NCBI RefSeq assembly: GCF_006345805.1
Contig: NC_043008.1
Span: forward strand, 12,214,001 to 12,278,000
Reading direction: 5' to 3'
DNA: 64,000 nt
Source: Octopus sinensis
Lineage: Eukaryota
The stretch's first letter is position 1. Every line of letters begins with the position of its first letter. Below, piece by piece: positions 51,766 through 63,664 of the stretch. Both the position numbers and the translations under genes were made by a program. Below the pieces are notes generated by a model. The model worked only from the letters and a program-made list of their open reading frames with translations. It had not been told where the DNA came from and did not search any database.

Positions 51766-53631
51766 TAATAATAATAATAATAATAATAATAATATAATAA
51801 TAATAATAATAATAATGATAAGCAGAAAATAAAGGGGAAAATCCGATGCAAAAAGTAACTGATGATGGTATACAAACGTGTTATAGCTGTCAATGGAGTG
51901 GAATTAAATAAATAGATAAATTGTGAATTGGTATTTTAATTTCGGAAAATTCATTTGGATCGAAATAGGAATTTTATTATTGCACTTCTCGTAAAAATGT
52001 ATTTAAGGATGTGTCAGGTTTTTTTTTTGGGTGGTGTCGTCTAATTTTTTTTTTTTGGAGGTATATTTTTAGATTTTAATGCATTCAAGATGGCTTCGGG
52101 GGAAATCCTAATTAGAAAAGTGTTTGTGTGTGTACGTGTAAAGGAGAGAGGGCAAAAGAATGTGTCTATGTATTCAATGTAAAAACTTAGTGAAGGTAAC
52201 ATATGTTTTTATATATATGTGGTTTTATCTGGTGCCACATAAAAATCACTGGTGCTGGTGCCGTGTAAAAAGCACTGATGATTGTGCCACATAAAAAACA
52301 CAGTGCTGGTGCCATGTAAAAAGTATTCTTAATAGTTTTGCCAAAAGAAGCACCGGTGATGGTGCCATATAAAAAGTACCCAACACACTCTGTAAAGTAG
52401 TTGGCTTTAGGAAGGACATCCACCGGTTGAAACCATGCCAAAAGAGATTATGGAACCCGGTGCAGCTCCTGACCTTGCCAGATCCTGTCAAACCTATTTC
52501 TTTACTACCCACAAGGGGCTAAACACAGAGAGGACAAACAAGGACAAACAAACGGATTAAGTCAATTATATCGACCCAAGTGCCTAACAGGTATTTATTT
52601 AATCGACCCCGAAAGGATGAAAGGCAAAGTCAACCTCAGCAGAATTTGAACTCAGAACATAACGGCAGATGAAATATGGCTACGCATTTCGCCCAGCATA
52701 CTCATGTTTCTGCCAGCTTGCCGCCTTCAGATCCTTTCAAACCATCTCGCTCATGCAAGTATGGAAAACGGATGTTAGATGATGAAAATGATGATATATA
52801 TTATTATTATTATTATCTGGGCAGGGTTTTTTTACTCTCAAATATATCAACTCTATTATAATGTATATGGATGGTTCTATAAGTAAGCAACTCTATGTAT
52901 TTAAATATTTAAGTGCCTTCCATAATAACCATAAACTTTATTTAAATTGAATAATTTAGCCAAAGCATGATTTCATCCATGCTCAGCAAATTCTTGGTGC
53001 TAAAAAAACAGTCAGCAAATCTTGTGAAACACATATTGTTTAGTTTTGTGCCCTCTACTGTTAAAATGGCTATTTTTGTGCCCCAGCATGGCCACAACCT
53101 GTGAGCTGAAACTAGATAAAATAGAAAAAAAAATCATGTTCCTAGGATTTTCCTTATGTGTGGGCTACTTTGGAGTACATTACCCAATGTGTCCTTTTCC
53201 ACATTTGTGTGAAATTACCTGGTGTTTCTAGCTCGGTTTTTGACCACCTACAAGACTCCGGTCTTGGCTTGCTCTGCTACATTTGCCATGTTGTGGTTTA
53301 AGAGATTCAGAATTAGTGAATAAATCAGTTACCTTTAAATGTCTATCAGGAAGAAAAAGAAAAAGAGATAAAAACTGATGACTGAAATGGTGCCAAATGA
53401 CCAATTATGATATTCTATCCGGAAATAAGCCAATAGACATTCTTGTGTAATCAAAATCACTCCAGAAGATAAATATAACTCTCACAAAAGAAGGAAAAAC
53501 TCAGTGATCAAGTGACCACTCAACTACGACTGAAACTAAATCAGACATGTGGAATAATAGCATTCTAGCCATAGTTCTGTGAGTAAATAAATAAGTCTGG
53601 GAGTTCTAGGTTTGAAATAATGATATTATTG

Positions 53632-53735
53632 ACATTATTTACAATTAACGAAGGATATTTGTCCTCATCTTCTTTGTTGTTAACACAACATTTCGGCTGA
53701 TATACCTTCCGGCCTTCATCAAGTGTCTTGGGGAA

Positions 53736-53770
<35 letters not shown>

Positions 53771-54140
53771 TCACTGCCTGGAATCGAACTCGGAATCTTG
53801 GGGTTAGTTGCCTGTGCTCTTAACCACTACGCCATATGCCTACAGTGGTTAAGTGCGCGGGCTACTAATCCCAAGATTCCGAGTTTGATTTCAGGCAGTG
53901 ACCTAAATAATAATAATAACAATAATAATAATCATAATAATAATAACATTGAAAAATACCTTAGGAATGAGAACCCAGGTTCGAAATTTCCTCAAGACAC
54001 CTGATGAAGGCTGGAGGTTATGTCAGCTGAAACGTTGTGTTAACAACAAACAAGAGGAGGACAAATATCCATCAAATGTAAATAACATAAATAATGTAAA
54101 AAAATGTACATAATTCCTCATCTCTTAAATATGGAACTGT
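53632..54140. mobile_element. Head-to-head inverted pair of tRNA-headed elements with hammerhead tails
   Basis: Left copy on minus (about 53632-53840), right copy on plus (about 53843-54140). Each has an A/B-box head, (TAA)n spacer and ribozyme-bearing tail. Confidence 0.85.
53996..54041 (+). ncRNA. Minimal type I hammerhead ribozyme with intact core
   Basis: GACAC-CTGATGA-A-GGCTG-GAGGTTATGT-CAGCT-GAAA-CGTT-GTGTT; palindromic AACGTT stem III. Confidence 0.8.
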
Positions 54141-56681
54141 ATTGAAATAAGGATGTTGGTAGAATAGAAACATCTGTGGCATTTATTATACACTTTGTAT
54201 TACCCTTCTTGTTTACATATATGAAGAATATTCTGGAATATTCTTCATATCTCTAACAAGTTTCTTTATTTGATTTTTGTCTTAATTTTTAGCATGGCTG
54301 GGTGGTGACCTGAGCTGTTGTTTTCTAATGGTTTTTGAGAGAGACACAACTGTACCCCACCCCACTCAATAATTAAATATGTAGAAGCCTAGAAATAATA
54401 GTCAAACCCCTATGAAATGTCTTAAAAATAGAAGGATTCATTACAAAATGCTGTAAAATTAAGCAACGTTGAATAATTGTATTTTATTAATTTACTAAAT
54501 CTGTTAATTATTTCTATTAATTGGCACCTTTACTAATTTAATTTAATGGTTCTTTCTAGAGTTTCTCTTATTTTTTTTTGGTTGTTGTCTGTTTTCTTTT
54601 TATCATCAAATCATTCTCTCTGCTGTTCTTATCTTTGGCATGCTGTCCAAGTTTGGTTAGTTTAATTTCTGGCATTATTTCTCTGTCTCCACTGTTCTGT
54701 TTCATTGGCTGTTTTTGACTTCTTTCTTTGGGAGTTTATAGAAAGTTTCCAAGACCAGAAACTTCTCTTTATAATAAAACTATAAAAAAGTTTTTAATTT
54801 TCTTATCTGATTTTCAAATTTTAAATTCTGCCTTAATTTTCCTTAATGTAACAAGGTCTTGAGTAGACACATACACATAATTACATGCGTAATACACATA
54901 CAACTGTCTTATGTTATCAAAGAAGATACAGAATGGGAAATTTTAAAAATTATTTAACATAAATTGATTGCCTGTAATTTTACAGGATTAAACTGAAACA
55001 AACTTTACAAAAACCAAATTTTTTTTTATATATTAAGGCAATAGAATTTTTTATGAAACAATATTGTAAATCATGACGATGATGATGATGTGACAGTGAT
55101 GATGATGATGATGACGACAACGATGATGACGACAACTACGATGATGATGATGGTGATGATAATGAAAATGATGATGATGACGATGGTGATAATGAGGAAA
55201 ATGATGATGATGATGATGATGATGTGATGATGATGATGATAGCAATGATGATGACAATGACAAGTATGATGATGATGATGATGGCAATGATGACGATGAT
55301 GATAATGATCGTGAGGATGATGACGATGATGACGGTGATGATGACGATGATGATGGTGGTGATGATGAGGTTTCACTCAAAGCCACAGATTTCAGGAAAT
55401 GAGTATTATCAACTGAGTACACCTCGGTATCTGACTAGTACTGATGCTATAAAAACTCCGCAACGACACAAGACCGATGAATCAACCCCAGACAAGATAC
55501 ATAAAAGTCAGAATGCAAAACTATACCAGTTTTACTATTCCAACACTCTTGCTGACAATGATGATGATTTTGATGATGATGATGATGACGACGACGATGA
55601 TACAAAAACAAAAAAAAAAAGAACAAACAGAATGAAATAAACAAAACAAAATTTAACGAGAATAAAACAATAAAACAAAAGATACACACGAACATCCTTT
55701 TAAGTTGATGTATACGAAATCAAAAATGTTAACATATAAATAAATAAGGGGAATGCATTAGGAACATTTTGATAACGGCATCGCAAGGCCCTGAAATAGA
55801 AATTTAATATTTGGTATTTCATATTTTTCAATGGAATAATTTAGTATTTCTAGAAATGAAAAGCACTATAGGATATTTACCAATATTATATTTACTTTTT
55901 ATTTTTTTTTATCATTGTGTGTTTGTTTTCCTTTCAGTTATTTATTAAATGGAATTGCCCAGTTTGTTTGTTTATTTTTGTTTTTTGTTCTTTTGTTTTT
56001 TTTGTTTTGCTTTTTTCGTTTGTTTCCGATTTGTATATAAATTCATATGATTATGTAAATTTGGATAGGCACTCATAGATAATCCCACAAAGACATGTGT
56101 AATGTAGGTTAGGAACAAACATATATTCATGTGTACTTATACATACATACATATATATATATATATGTATGTATGTATGTATATGTATGTCAGCGTGTGT
56201 GTGTATCTACATATACGTATATATATGTGTGTATGTATCATTATGTATTATATATTTATTATATATACAAAAACATACATATTTACACACACATCATGTA
56301 CATCCACACACATGCACACACACATACATATCTATTATCAACTTGTGCCTCTCTTTCTCTCTCTCCCTATATATATATATGTATATATATATATATTATG
56401 CATATACATATATACACACATACACTTATGAGATGTATAATATATACCAACTTAAATACATGCATATATATATATATATATACATATATATACACATACA
56501 TATACATATATATATCTATATTTATATTTATGTTTACATATATAATTATATAGATATACATATGTATGTATCTATATCTTTATATCTATATATGTGTTTG
56601 TATGTGTATGTTTCTATATGCATACCAATCTACATAAACATATATGGGTGTGTGTGTTTGTATGTATGTATATGTATATAC

Positions 56682-56716
<35 letters not shown>

Positions 56717-57024
56717 AATATATATACATATATATACATATCATCATCATCATCATCGTCGTTTAACGTCCGTTCTCCATGCTAGCATGGGTTGGACGGT
56801 TCGACCGGGGTTCTGGGAAGCCAGAAGGCTGCACCAGGCTCCAGTCTAATTTGGCAATGTTTCTACAGCTGGATGCCCTTCCTAACGCCAACCACTCCGT
56901 GAGTGTAGTGGGTGCTTTTTACGTGCCACCTGCACAGGTGCCAGGCGGGGCTGGCAACGGCCACGGTCAGATTGGTGTATTTTATGTGCCACCGGCACGG
57001 AAGCCACCGGCACGGAAGCCAGAC

Positions 57025-57102
<78 letters not shown>

Positions 57103-58326
57103 GTATTTACGTATACACACACTGATACATAAATATATATACATAGATAGGTATCTCCATATGCATGCATATACCCACACACATGCACATACATATATAT
57201 GTTAATCAATATATATTTATGTGTATGTATTTGTATATACGAGTATGTTTTCAGTTACATACATATGCAGACATACATAAGCATACATGAAAATATATTT
57301 ATATAGAAAGTTGCATACTTTCAACATTATCGATTTGCAAGAGTGCATATATGTGCATGCGTGTTTATTCCTGTATTGAGGTTTGCATAATTTCTCTTAT
57401 ATATTTAATCATGTAATGAGTTGAGTGGGGTGTTTGTGTTCATAAAACCTCACTGTGAAAACATGCATTTATGCAAATGTATACATATGTTTAGGTTTTC
57501 TGGAGATGAAAGACATGAATATGATAACTTTGCATTTATTCTGCTTTCCAAAAATTAGGATTCATACATACACAAAAAACATATAAACACTCATACAGAG
57601 ACACACGCAGACACACACACATACACACAAACACATGCAGTGAATGAGAGGGAGCATCTTTACCAATCTGTCTGCTAATGAAGAATTCTGCCTGAATTGC
57701 TAGTCTCCTTTATCTGCTGGCATCTCGACATGAAACCTCTTCATCCATTATAATTACATCCATGCATATATAAACATGTAGTTGTGTGTGTGTGCGTGTG
57801 CGTGTGTGTGTGTATGTGTGTGTGTGTGTGTGTGCTGTCATGTGTATTTTGATATAGATCATCATCATCAGCATCATCATCATCATCATCATCATCGTTT
57901 AATGTCCGTTTTTCATGCTAGCATGGGTTGGACGGTTTGACCGGGGTCTGGGAAGCCAGGAGGCTGCACCGGCCTCCAGTCTGATCTGGCAGTTTTTTTC
58001 GCAGCTGGATGCCCTTCCTAACGCCAACCACTCCATGAATGTAATGGGTGTTTTTTATGTACCACCGGCACAGGGGCCAGAGGAGGTTGGCAACAGCCAT
58101 GATTGGTTGGTGCTTTTCACCTGCCACCGGCATGGAAGCCAGTCAAGGCGGTGCTGGCATCGGTCACGTTTGGATGGTGCTTTTTCTGTGCCATCCGCCA
58201 CAGTTTCGTGTATGTATATATGTGTACATACACACACATGCACACATACTTTGTGAAACACACAAACACATACATACATTTACACACATGTGCACATGTT
58301 TATATATACATGCATACACACACGCG

Positions 58327-58358
<32 letters not shown>

Positions 58359-58399
58359 AGAGAACAAAGTGTACGTATGCTGCTATATAGATATATATA

Positions 58400-58560
58400 T
58401 AAAATTCAAAATCGGACTAGAACGCAAAACATCCGGACAACCAATCCAGATAGATGATACAAAAAAACAAGGACGGGTCATTCGAAGCTTCCTATCCTCA
58501 GTCAAGAACCAGATCATCCTCGCAATTTCGGCTGATTAATCTTGAGATTGTTCCAATCCG

Positions 58561-58563
<3 letters not shown>
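58400..58563 (-). mobile_element. Possible PLE-like remnant truncated by (TA)n
   Basis: GGCCG...CAGCC-GAAA-TTGCGAG resembles the 3' half of a hammerhead; CUGANGA half absent. Confidence 0.35.
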
Positions 58564-58647
<84 letters not shown>

Positions 58648-58686
58648 TTAGATATACATACATATATATGTGTGTGTGTATATATG

Positions 58687-58722
<36 letters not shown>

Positions 58723-58752
58723 CACACATATATATATACATATATGTATGTG

Positions 58753-58783
<31 letters not shown>

Positions 58784-58792
58784 CTGTATATA

Positions 58793-58833
<41 letters not shown>

Positions 58834-59049
58834 GAGGAGGTGTATATGTATGTAGCATTCATACACACAGATACATACTTATAATGCACACACACACACA
58901 CACATATTCAAATTTCTTTCCCTCACCCCCGACTCTGTAGGTGCGTGTATGTGCCTCTTAATGTATATCAAATATATATCTACATTGCTGAGATGCTGCT
59001 TGTATCAATTACTATTTACTATGGTACTTAAACTACGTTCTCTCTCTCA

Positions 59050-59088
<39 letters not shown>

Positions 59089-59719
59089 ATTAGCTTCTTC
59101 TCATTCTTACGTAAGAGCATGTTTACATGAAAACAACAAGATGACCTTAATAAATACTATATTTCTGCGTATCTATTTTCGTTCCCTCTTTCTCTATTTG
59201 ACTCTCTATCTTTCTTTCTCTCTTTTCTTCTGTTCACTGCAGTTATACATTTTCTACTAACAAGCTTCAGAAATAACTAAAAAAAAAACACAAACACAAA
59301 AGAAAAATAAATGATGATGCCAGATAATTCAAAGATGGTTAGAATAGTTTAAAGATGGTTAAAAATGGAAAAAATGCTCATTTCCCCCATTTTTTAACTG
59401 TACTTAATGATTATTTACAATGCATTTAAGTACAATATATATATATACTTGCTACCATTATTGATGGCATGGGTATACTAGTATACGCTCAGACCAGTGT
59501 CTTCTATTATAGCTCTGGGCTAATTAAAACTTGCGGGTGTACTTGGTAGTTGGAAACTGAAATAAGCCTGCTACATGTGTACATGTATGTGCATGTGTGT
59601 TTGTGTGTGTGTGTTTGTGTTTGCTCTTGTCTGGACATCATATGATGGTTGTAAGTGAGCATGATGATGATGATAATGATGATGATGATCATCATCATAA
59701 TCATCACCACTACCACCAC

Positions 59720-59752
<33 letters not shown>

Positions 59753-59880
59753 ATAAACAAGGTTGTTTGGTTCTGGTCTTCTGTGGAAAAAAAAACATGT
59801 CAAGCTATGGGTAAATATTATCTTGCTTGGAAACAGGTGAGGGTTAGCAACAGGAAGGGTTTCCCAGCCATAGAATATCT

Positions 59881-60327
59881 GCGAGCTGGCAGAAGCGTTA
59901 GCACGCCGGGCGAAATGCTTAGCAGTATTTTGTCTGCCGTTACATTCTGAGTTCAAATTCCATCGAGGCCAACTTTGCTATTTATCCTTTTGGGGTAGAT
60001 AAATTAAGTACCAGTTGTGTACTGGAGTCAATATAATCGGCTTAATCCGTTTGTCTGTCTTTGTTTGTCCCCTCTGTGTTTAACCCCTTGTGGGCAGTAA
60101 AGAAATCAGAAACATTAGTATGCTGGGCGAAATGCTTAGCGGTATTTCGTCTGTCTTTACATTCTGAGTTCAAATTCCACCAAGGTCGACTTTGCTATTC
60201 ATCCTTTCGGGGTAGAAAAATTAAGTACCATTTGCATACTGGGGTTGATGTAATCAACTTAATCTATTTGTCTGTCCTTGTTTGTCCCCTCTATGTTTAG
60301 CTCCTTGTGGGCAATAAAGAAATAAGA
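59881..60327 (+). mobile_element. Tandem family A SINE pair
   Basis: Re-entry at AGAAACATTAG after the AAAGAAATC tail. Confidence 0.85.
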
Positions 60328-60428
60328 AAATCTGCCTTCACCAAATTTCATTTGACCCATGCAAGCATGGGAAAAGACGGACATTAAATGAAGATCATGA
60401 TAATACACACATCGTGAACACTCATACA

Positions 60429-60600
60429 TACGAGGAGGCACTGAATATTTCCTCACTTAGTTATGAACTTATTCAACATATCCTCCTCTCTGATTGACAC
60501 ATATATTGTAAACCCTTTAAAATCCTTTAAAAAAACTCAGAAGGTTGGGCCTCCAACCAAGCCTTTTGTGATACCCTTAAAGCCAGGGACTTTTCGGCAT
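60429..60600. mobile_element. Mariner-type MITE, degenerate
   Basis: TACGAGGAGGCACTGAATATTTCC left end; CTTAAAGCCAGGGACTTTTC right end; homologous to 8297-8527. Confidence 0.7.
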
Positions 60601-61614
60601 GAAGATATAAAAGACCAATTTTGAACAATGCCATAGTTTTGCTGTGGAAGCATAATATGGAATGGATTACTGATAGAGCTTGTGTCATTGACTTCTTTGA
60701 GATGAAAGCAAGAATTAATCTCTAATATGATTTCGAAGATAGATCTAAATGTTACATTTCCTATATGCTGTCCTACATCTACTGACTTTCCCCTGCACAC
60801 GTATTGTACATATGGGTATCTATACTCATGCACATCTAGTCATTTCTTGTTCTTATCGCTTGTTGTGTGCATTAATCTGTATTATGTATAGGATGCACAC
60901 GTTTGTATGAGAATGTCTTCCTTGGAAAGAACTAGATAGGCTCCAGGCGTAATCTTTTCCCAGGAAGCAAATTCAATATACCATTCCGTTGTTAAACATT
61001 TTGAAGCTAATTTCTGATATCAGACTGATGCTGTTCCTATGAGGTTTTTGCATGAATATATAAGCATACACTCACACACACACACAGACACACACACAGA
61101 CACATGCACACACACACATACACACACACACGTGTGCATATATAGATGCTTGTGATGTGTTCTAGAATTAATCTGTAGTAGCGCCTTTCATTTCGTTACA
61201 TTTCCAAATGACATTTGAATATTTTATTAATTTCCTGTGTATTTTCCAAGTGTTAATTGTAACCCATGTGGTTACATGTGAGCATCTGTTAATTTCTGTA
61301 TGTGTGTGTCTCAGTGTGTGTGTCTGTGTCTGTGTGTGTGTCTCTGTGAAGCATATGTTGCTCACCATGTGTTTGTATAGTAGTAGCTATATATTTGTGT
61401 ATGAGTATAAACCTACAAATACGATCATAGTAAAGATATTATTAGCGTAGGAGTGGCTGTGTGGTAAGTGGCTTGCTTACGAACCACATGGTTCCAAGTT
61501 CAGATCCACTGTGTGGCACCTTGGGCAAGTGTCTTCTACTATAGCCTTGGGCTGACTAAAGCCTTGTGAGTGGATTTGGTAGACGGAAACTGAAAGAAGC
61601 CCGTCTATATATGC

Positions 61615-61691
<77 letters not shown>

Positions 61692-61771
61692 AATTGCAGC
61701 GTGGAAGGTGTTTGTAAGCCATTTAAGAAACACACAAAAGCCGTTCGATTCACTTCAACATTTAAGTTTAA

Positions 61772-61822
61772 TTTGTCAAAATATTTTCGTCGCTATAAGA
61801 TCGCGACCTGTTCACTGACAAA
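61772..61822 (-). ncRNA. Minimal type I hammerhead fold, G3-C8 core variant
   Basis: TTTGTCA-GTGAACA-G-GTCGC-GATCTTATA-GCGAC-GAAA-ATATTT-TGACAAA. Confidence 0.7.
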
Positions 61823-61842
61823 AATCCGTGCTGCATCTGATT

Positions 61843-61893
61843 TTTGTCTGTGAACAGGTCGCGGTCTTAAAGCGACGAAAATATTTTGACAAA
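61843..61893 (+). ncRNA. Second G3-C8 hammerhead copy
   Basis: TTTGTCT-GTGAACA-G-GTCGC-GGTCTTAAA-GCGAC-GAAA-ATATTT-TGACAAA; U-U mismatch at the base of stem I. Confidence 0.65.
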
Positions 61894-63172
61894 TTAAACT
61901 TAAATGTTGAAGTGTATCGAACGGCCTTTGTGTGTTTCTGAAATGGCTTACAAACACCTTCCACGCTGCAATTGTTTTCGTTCCAGCACACGATCTCAGA
62001 TCAAATCACTTGCTATGCAAGTACATCTCCTATATATATATATATATATATATCAGTTTACAATATATGTATGTATGTATGTGTGTGTGTATATGTTTGT
62101 GTGTCTGTGTTTGTCCCCCCAACATCACTTGACAATTGATGCTGCTGTGTTTACGTCCCCGTAACTTAGCGATTCGGCAAAAGAGACTGATAGAATAAGT
62201 ACTAGGCTTACAAAGAATAAATCCTGGGGTCAATTTGCTCGACTAAAGGTGGTGCTCCAGCATGGCCACAGTCAAATGACTGAAACAAGTAAAAGAGTAA
62301 TAGAGTGCATATGTATGTATGTTTTGGGGGATGTAAAGGGGAGATGTGTTTCATCATTATCATTATTTAGAGCCCTTAATGTGGTGAGCTGGCAGAATTG
62401 TTAGCACACTTTGTGGAAAATGCTCAGCAGCATTTTGTCCATCGTTACATTGTGAGTTCAAATTCCACTGAGGTCAGCTTTGCCTTTTATCCTTTCGGGG
62501 TCAATAAAATAAGAACCAGTTTAGTACTGGGGTTGATGTAATTGACTTATAAGCTCTCCTGAAACTGCTGGCCTTCTGATAAAATGTGGAATCCTTATAT
62601 AGAGTCCATGTTCTATGCTGGTATGGGCTGGTTGGTTTGATAGGGTCCAATGGGCCCAGCAACTGTACTGGGCTTAAGTATTTGCTTTAACATGGCTTCT
62701 CTGGCTAATACGAACCCCTTTATGGCATGCATGGGTGTTTTTTTTTCTCTTGCCGCCAACTCTAATGACATTGCCATGTAGCATGCAAGACTACGAACCC
62801 CAAGAGGGGCAATGTTATGCAAGGAAGATGAGGAGTAGAAAGGGGTAAAGTATGAGAGAAAAGGGCCAAACAGAACATATGTGTTTCTGTTGCAAGAGCT
62901 ACGTGACTACTTACATTTTACAAAACAGGATGAGAGTGATTAGGTGGGGCTGGAAAGTGATAAAAATAGCAGGGATTATATGTCAGGGTGGACCTTTAAG
63001 ATACGAGGTGGGTAAGAACAGGGTAGAGGGAGCAATAGCTGTCAGTTATCTGCTTAAAGATACCCACATGCATATCTGTCATTGACTGCGCATGAATTTC
63101 TGCCTTGGTTTGAATGTATTTGTGCTCATATATGTTAAGAATTGTCTATAAGATTCTGTGAGGGTGTATATA

Positions 63173-63664
63173 TCTTTATATATAAAAGTGAAGTTGTGTG
63201 TCTGTCTCCTACGATTTAGATTCCTAACTACTCCCACATTTTGCGGTGCAGTTTAACCAAAACCGGGTATCTTATAGTTGTGATTCATATCGTGCCCTTC
63301 TGGGTATTAGCGCATGTCTACGATGAGTCTACGATTTAAAAAACATTTACCATCATTTTTTCCATTTTAATGCATTTTTTCGCTATTATATAAGGGAAGT
63401 AACTCTCTAAAAATGTCTACAATGAGTCAACGATTTAAAAAAAATTACCATCATTTTTTCCATTTTAATGCATTTTTTCGCTATTATATAAGGGAAGTAA
63501 CTCTCTAAAAATGTCTACAATGAGTCAACGATTTAAAAAAAAATTACCATCATTTTTTTCCATTTTTAATTCATTTTTTTGCTACTTTTTGGCTATAACT
63601 CTCTAAAAATGCTTATATAGTTATTTCCCTTACAAACCCGAGCAACGCCGGGCAATACTGCTAG
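63173..63664 (+). mobile_element. Non-autonomous Helitron with internal ~98-bp tandem repeats
   Basis: 5' TC, subterminal hairpin CCCGAGCAACGCCGGG (63637-63652), 3' CTAG, inserted between A and T, no TSD. Confidence 0.88.

Larger units (their letters stand above)
61688..62030 (+). mobile_element. PLE-like remnant with 139-bp inverted repeat
   Basis: Arms 61688-61826 and 61839-61977, 6 mismatches, 12-nt loop; unique extension to about 62030. Confidence 0.75.
61447..62305 (+). mobile_element. SINE family B split by a PLE-like insertion in its internal (TA)n
   Basis: 5' half about 61447-61605, 3' half about 62075-62305. Confidence 0.85.

Noticed and set aside
363-59950. Many long ORFs rich in Y/I/C/V/H/T/D/G/M
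   Set aside because: They are translations of di- and trinucleotide microsatellites that lack stops in some frames.
62600-63160. Higher-GC block resembling a decayed LINE 3' region
   Set aside because: No translatable motif strong enough to assign a family.
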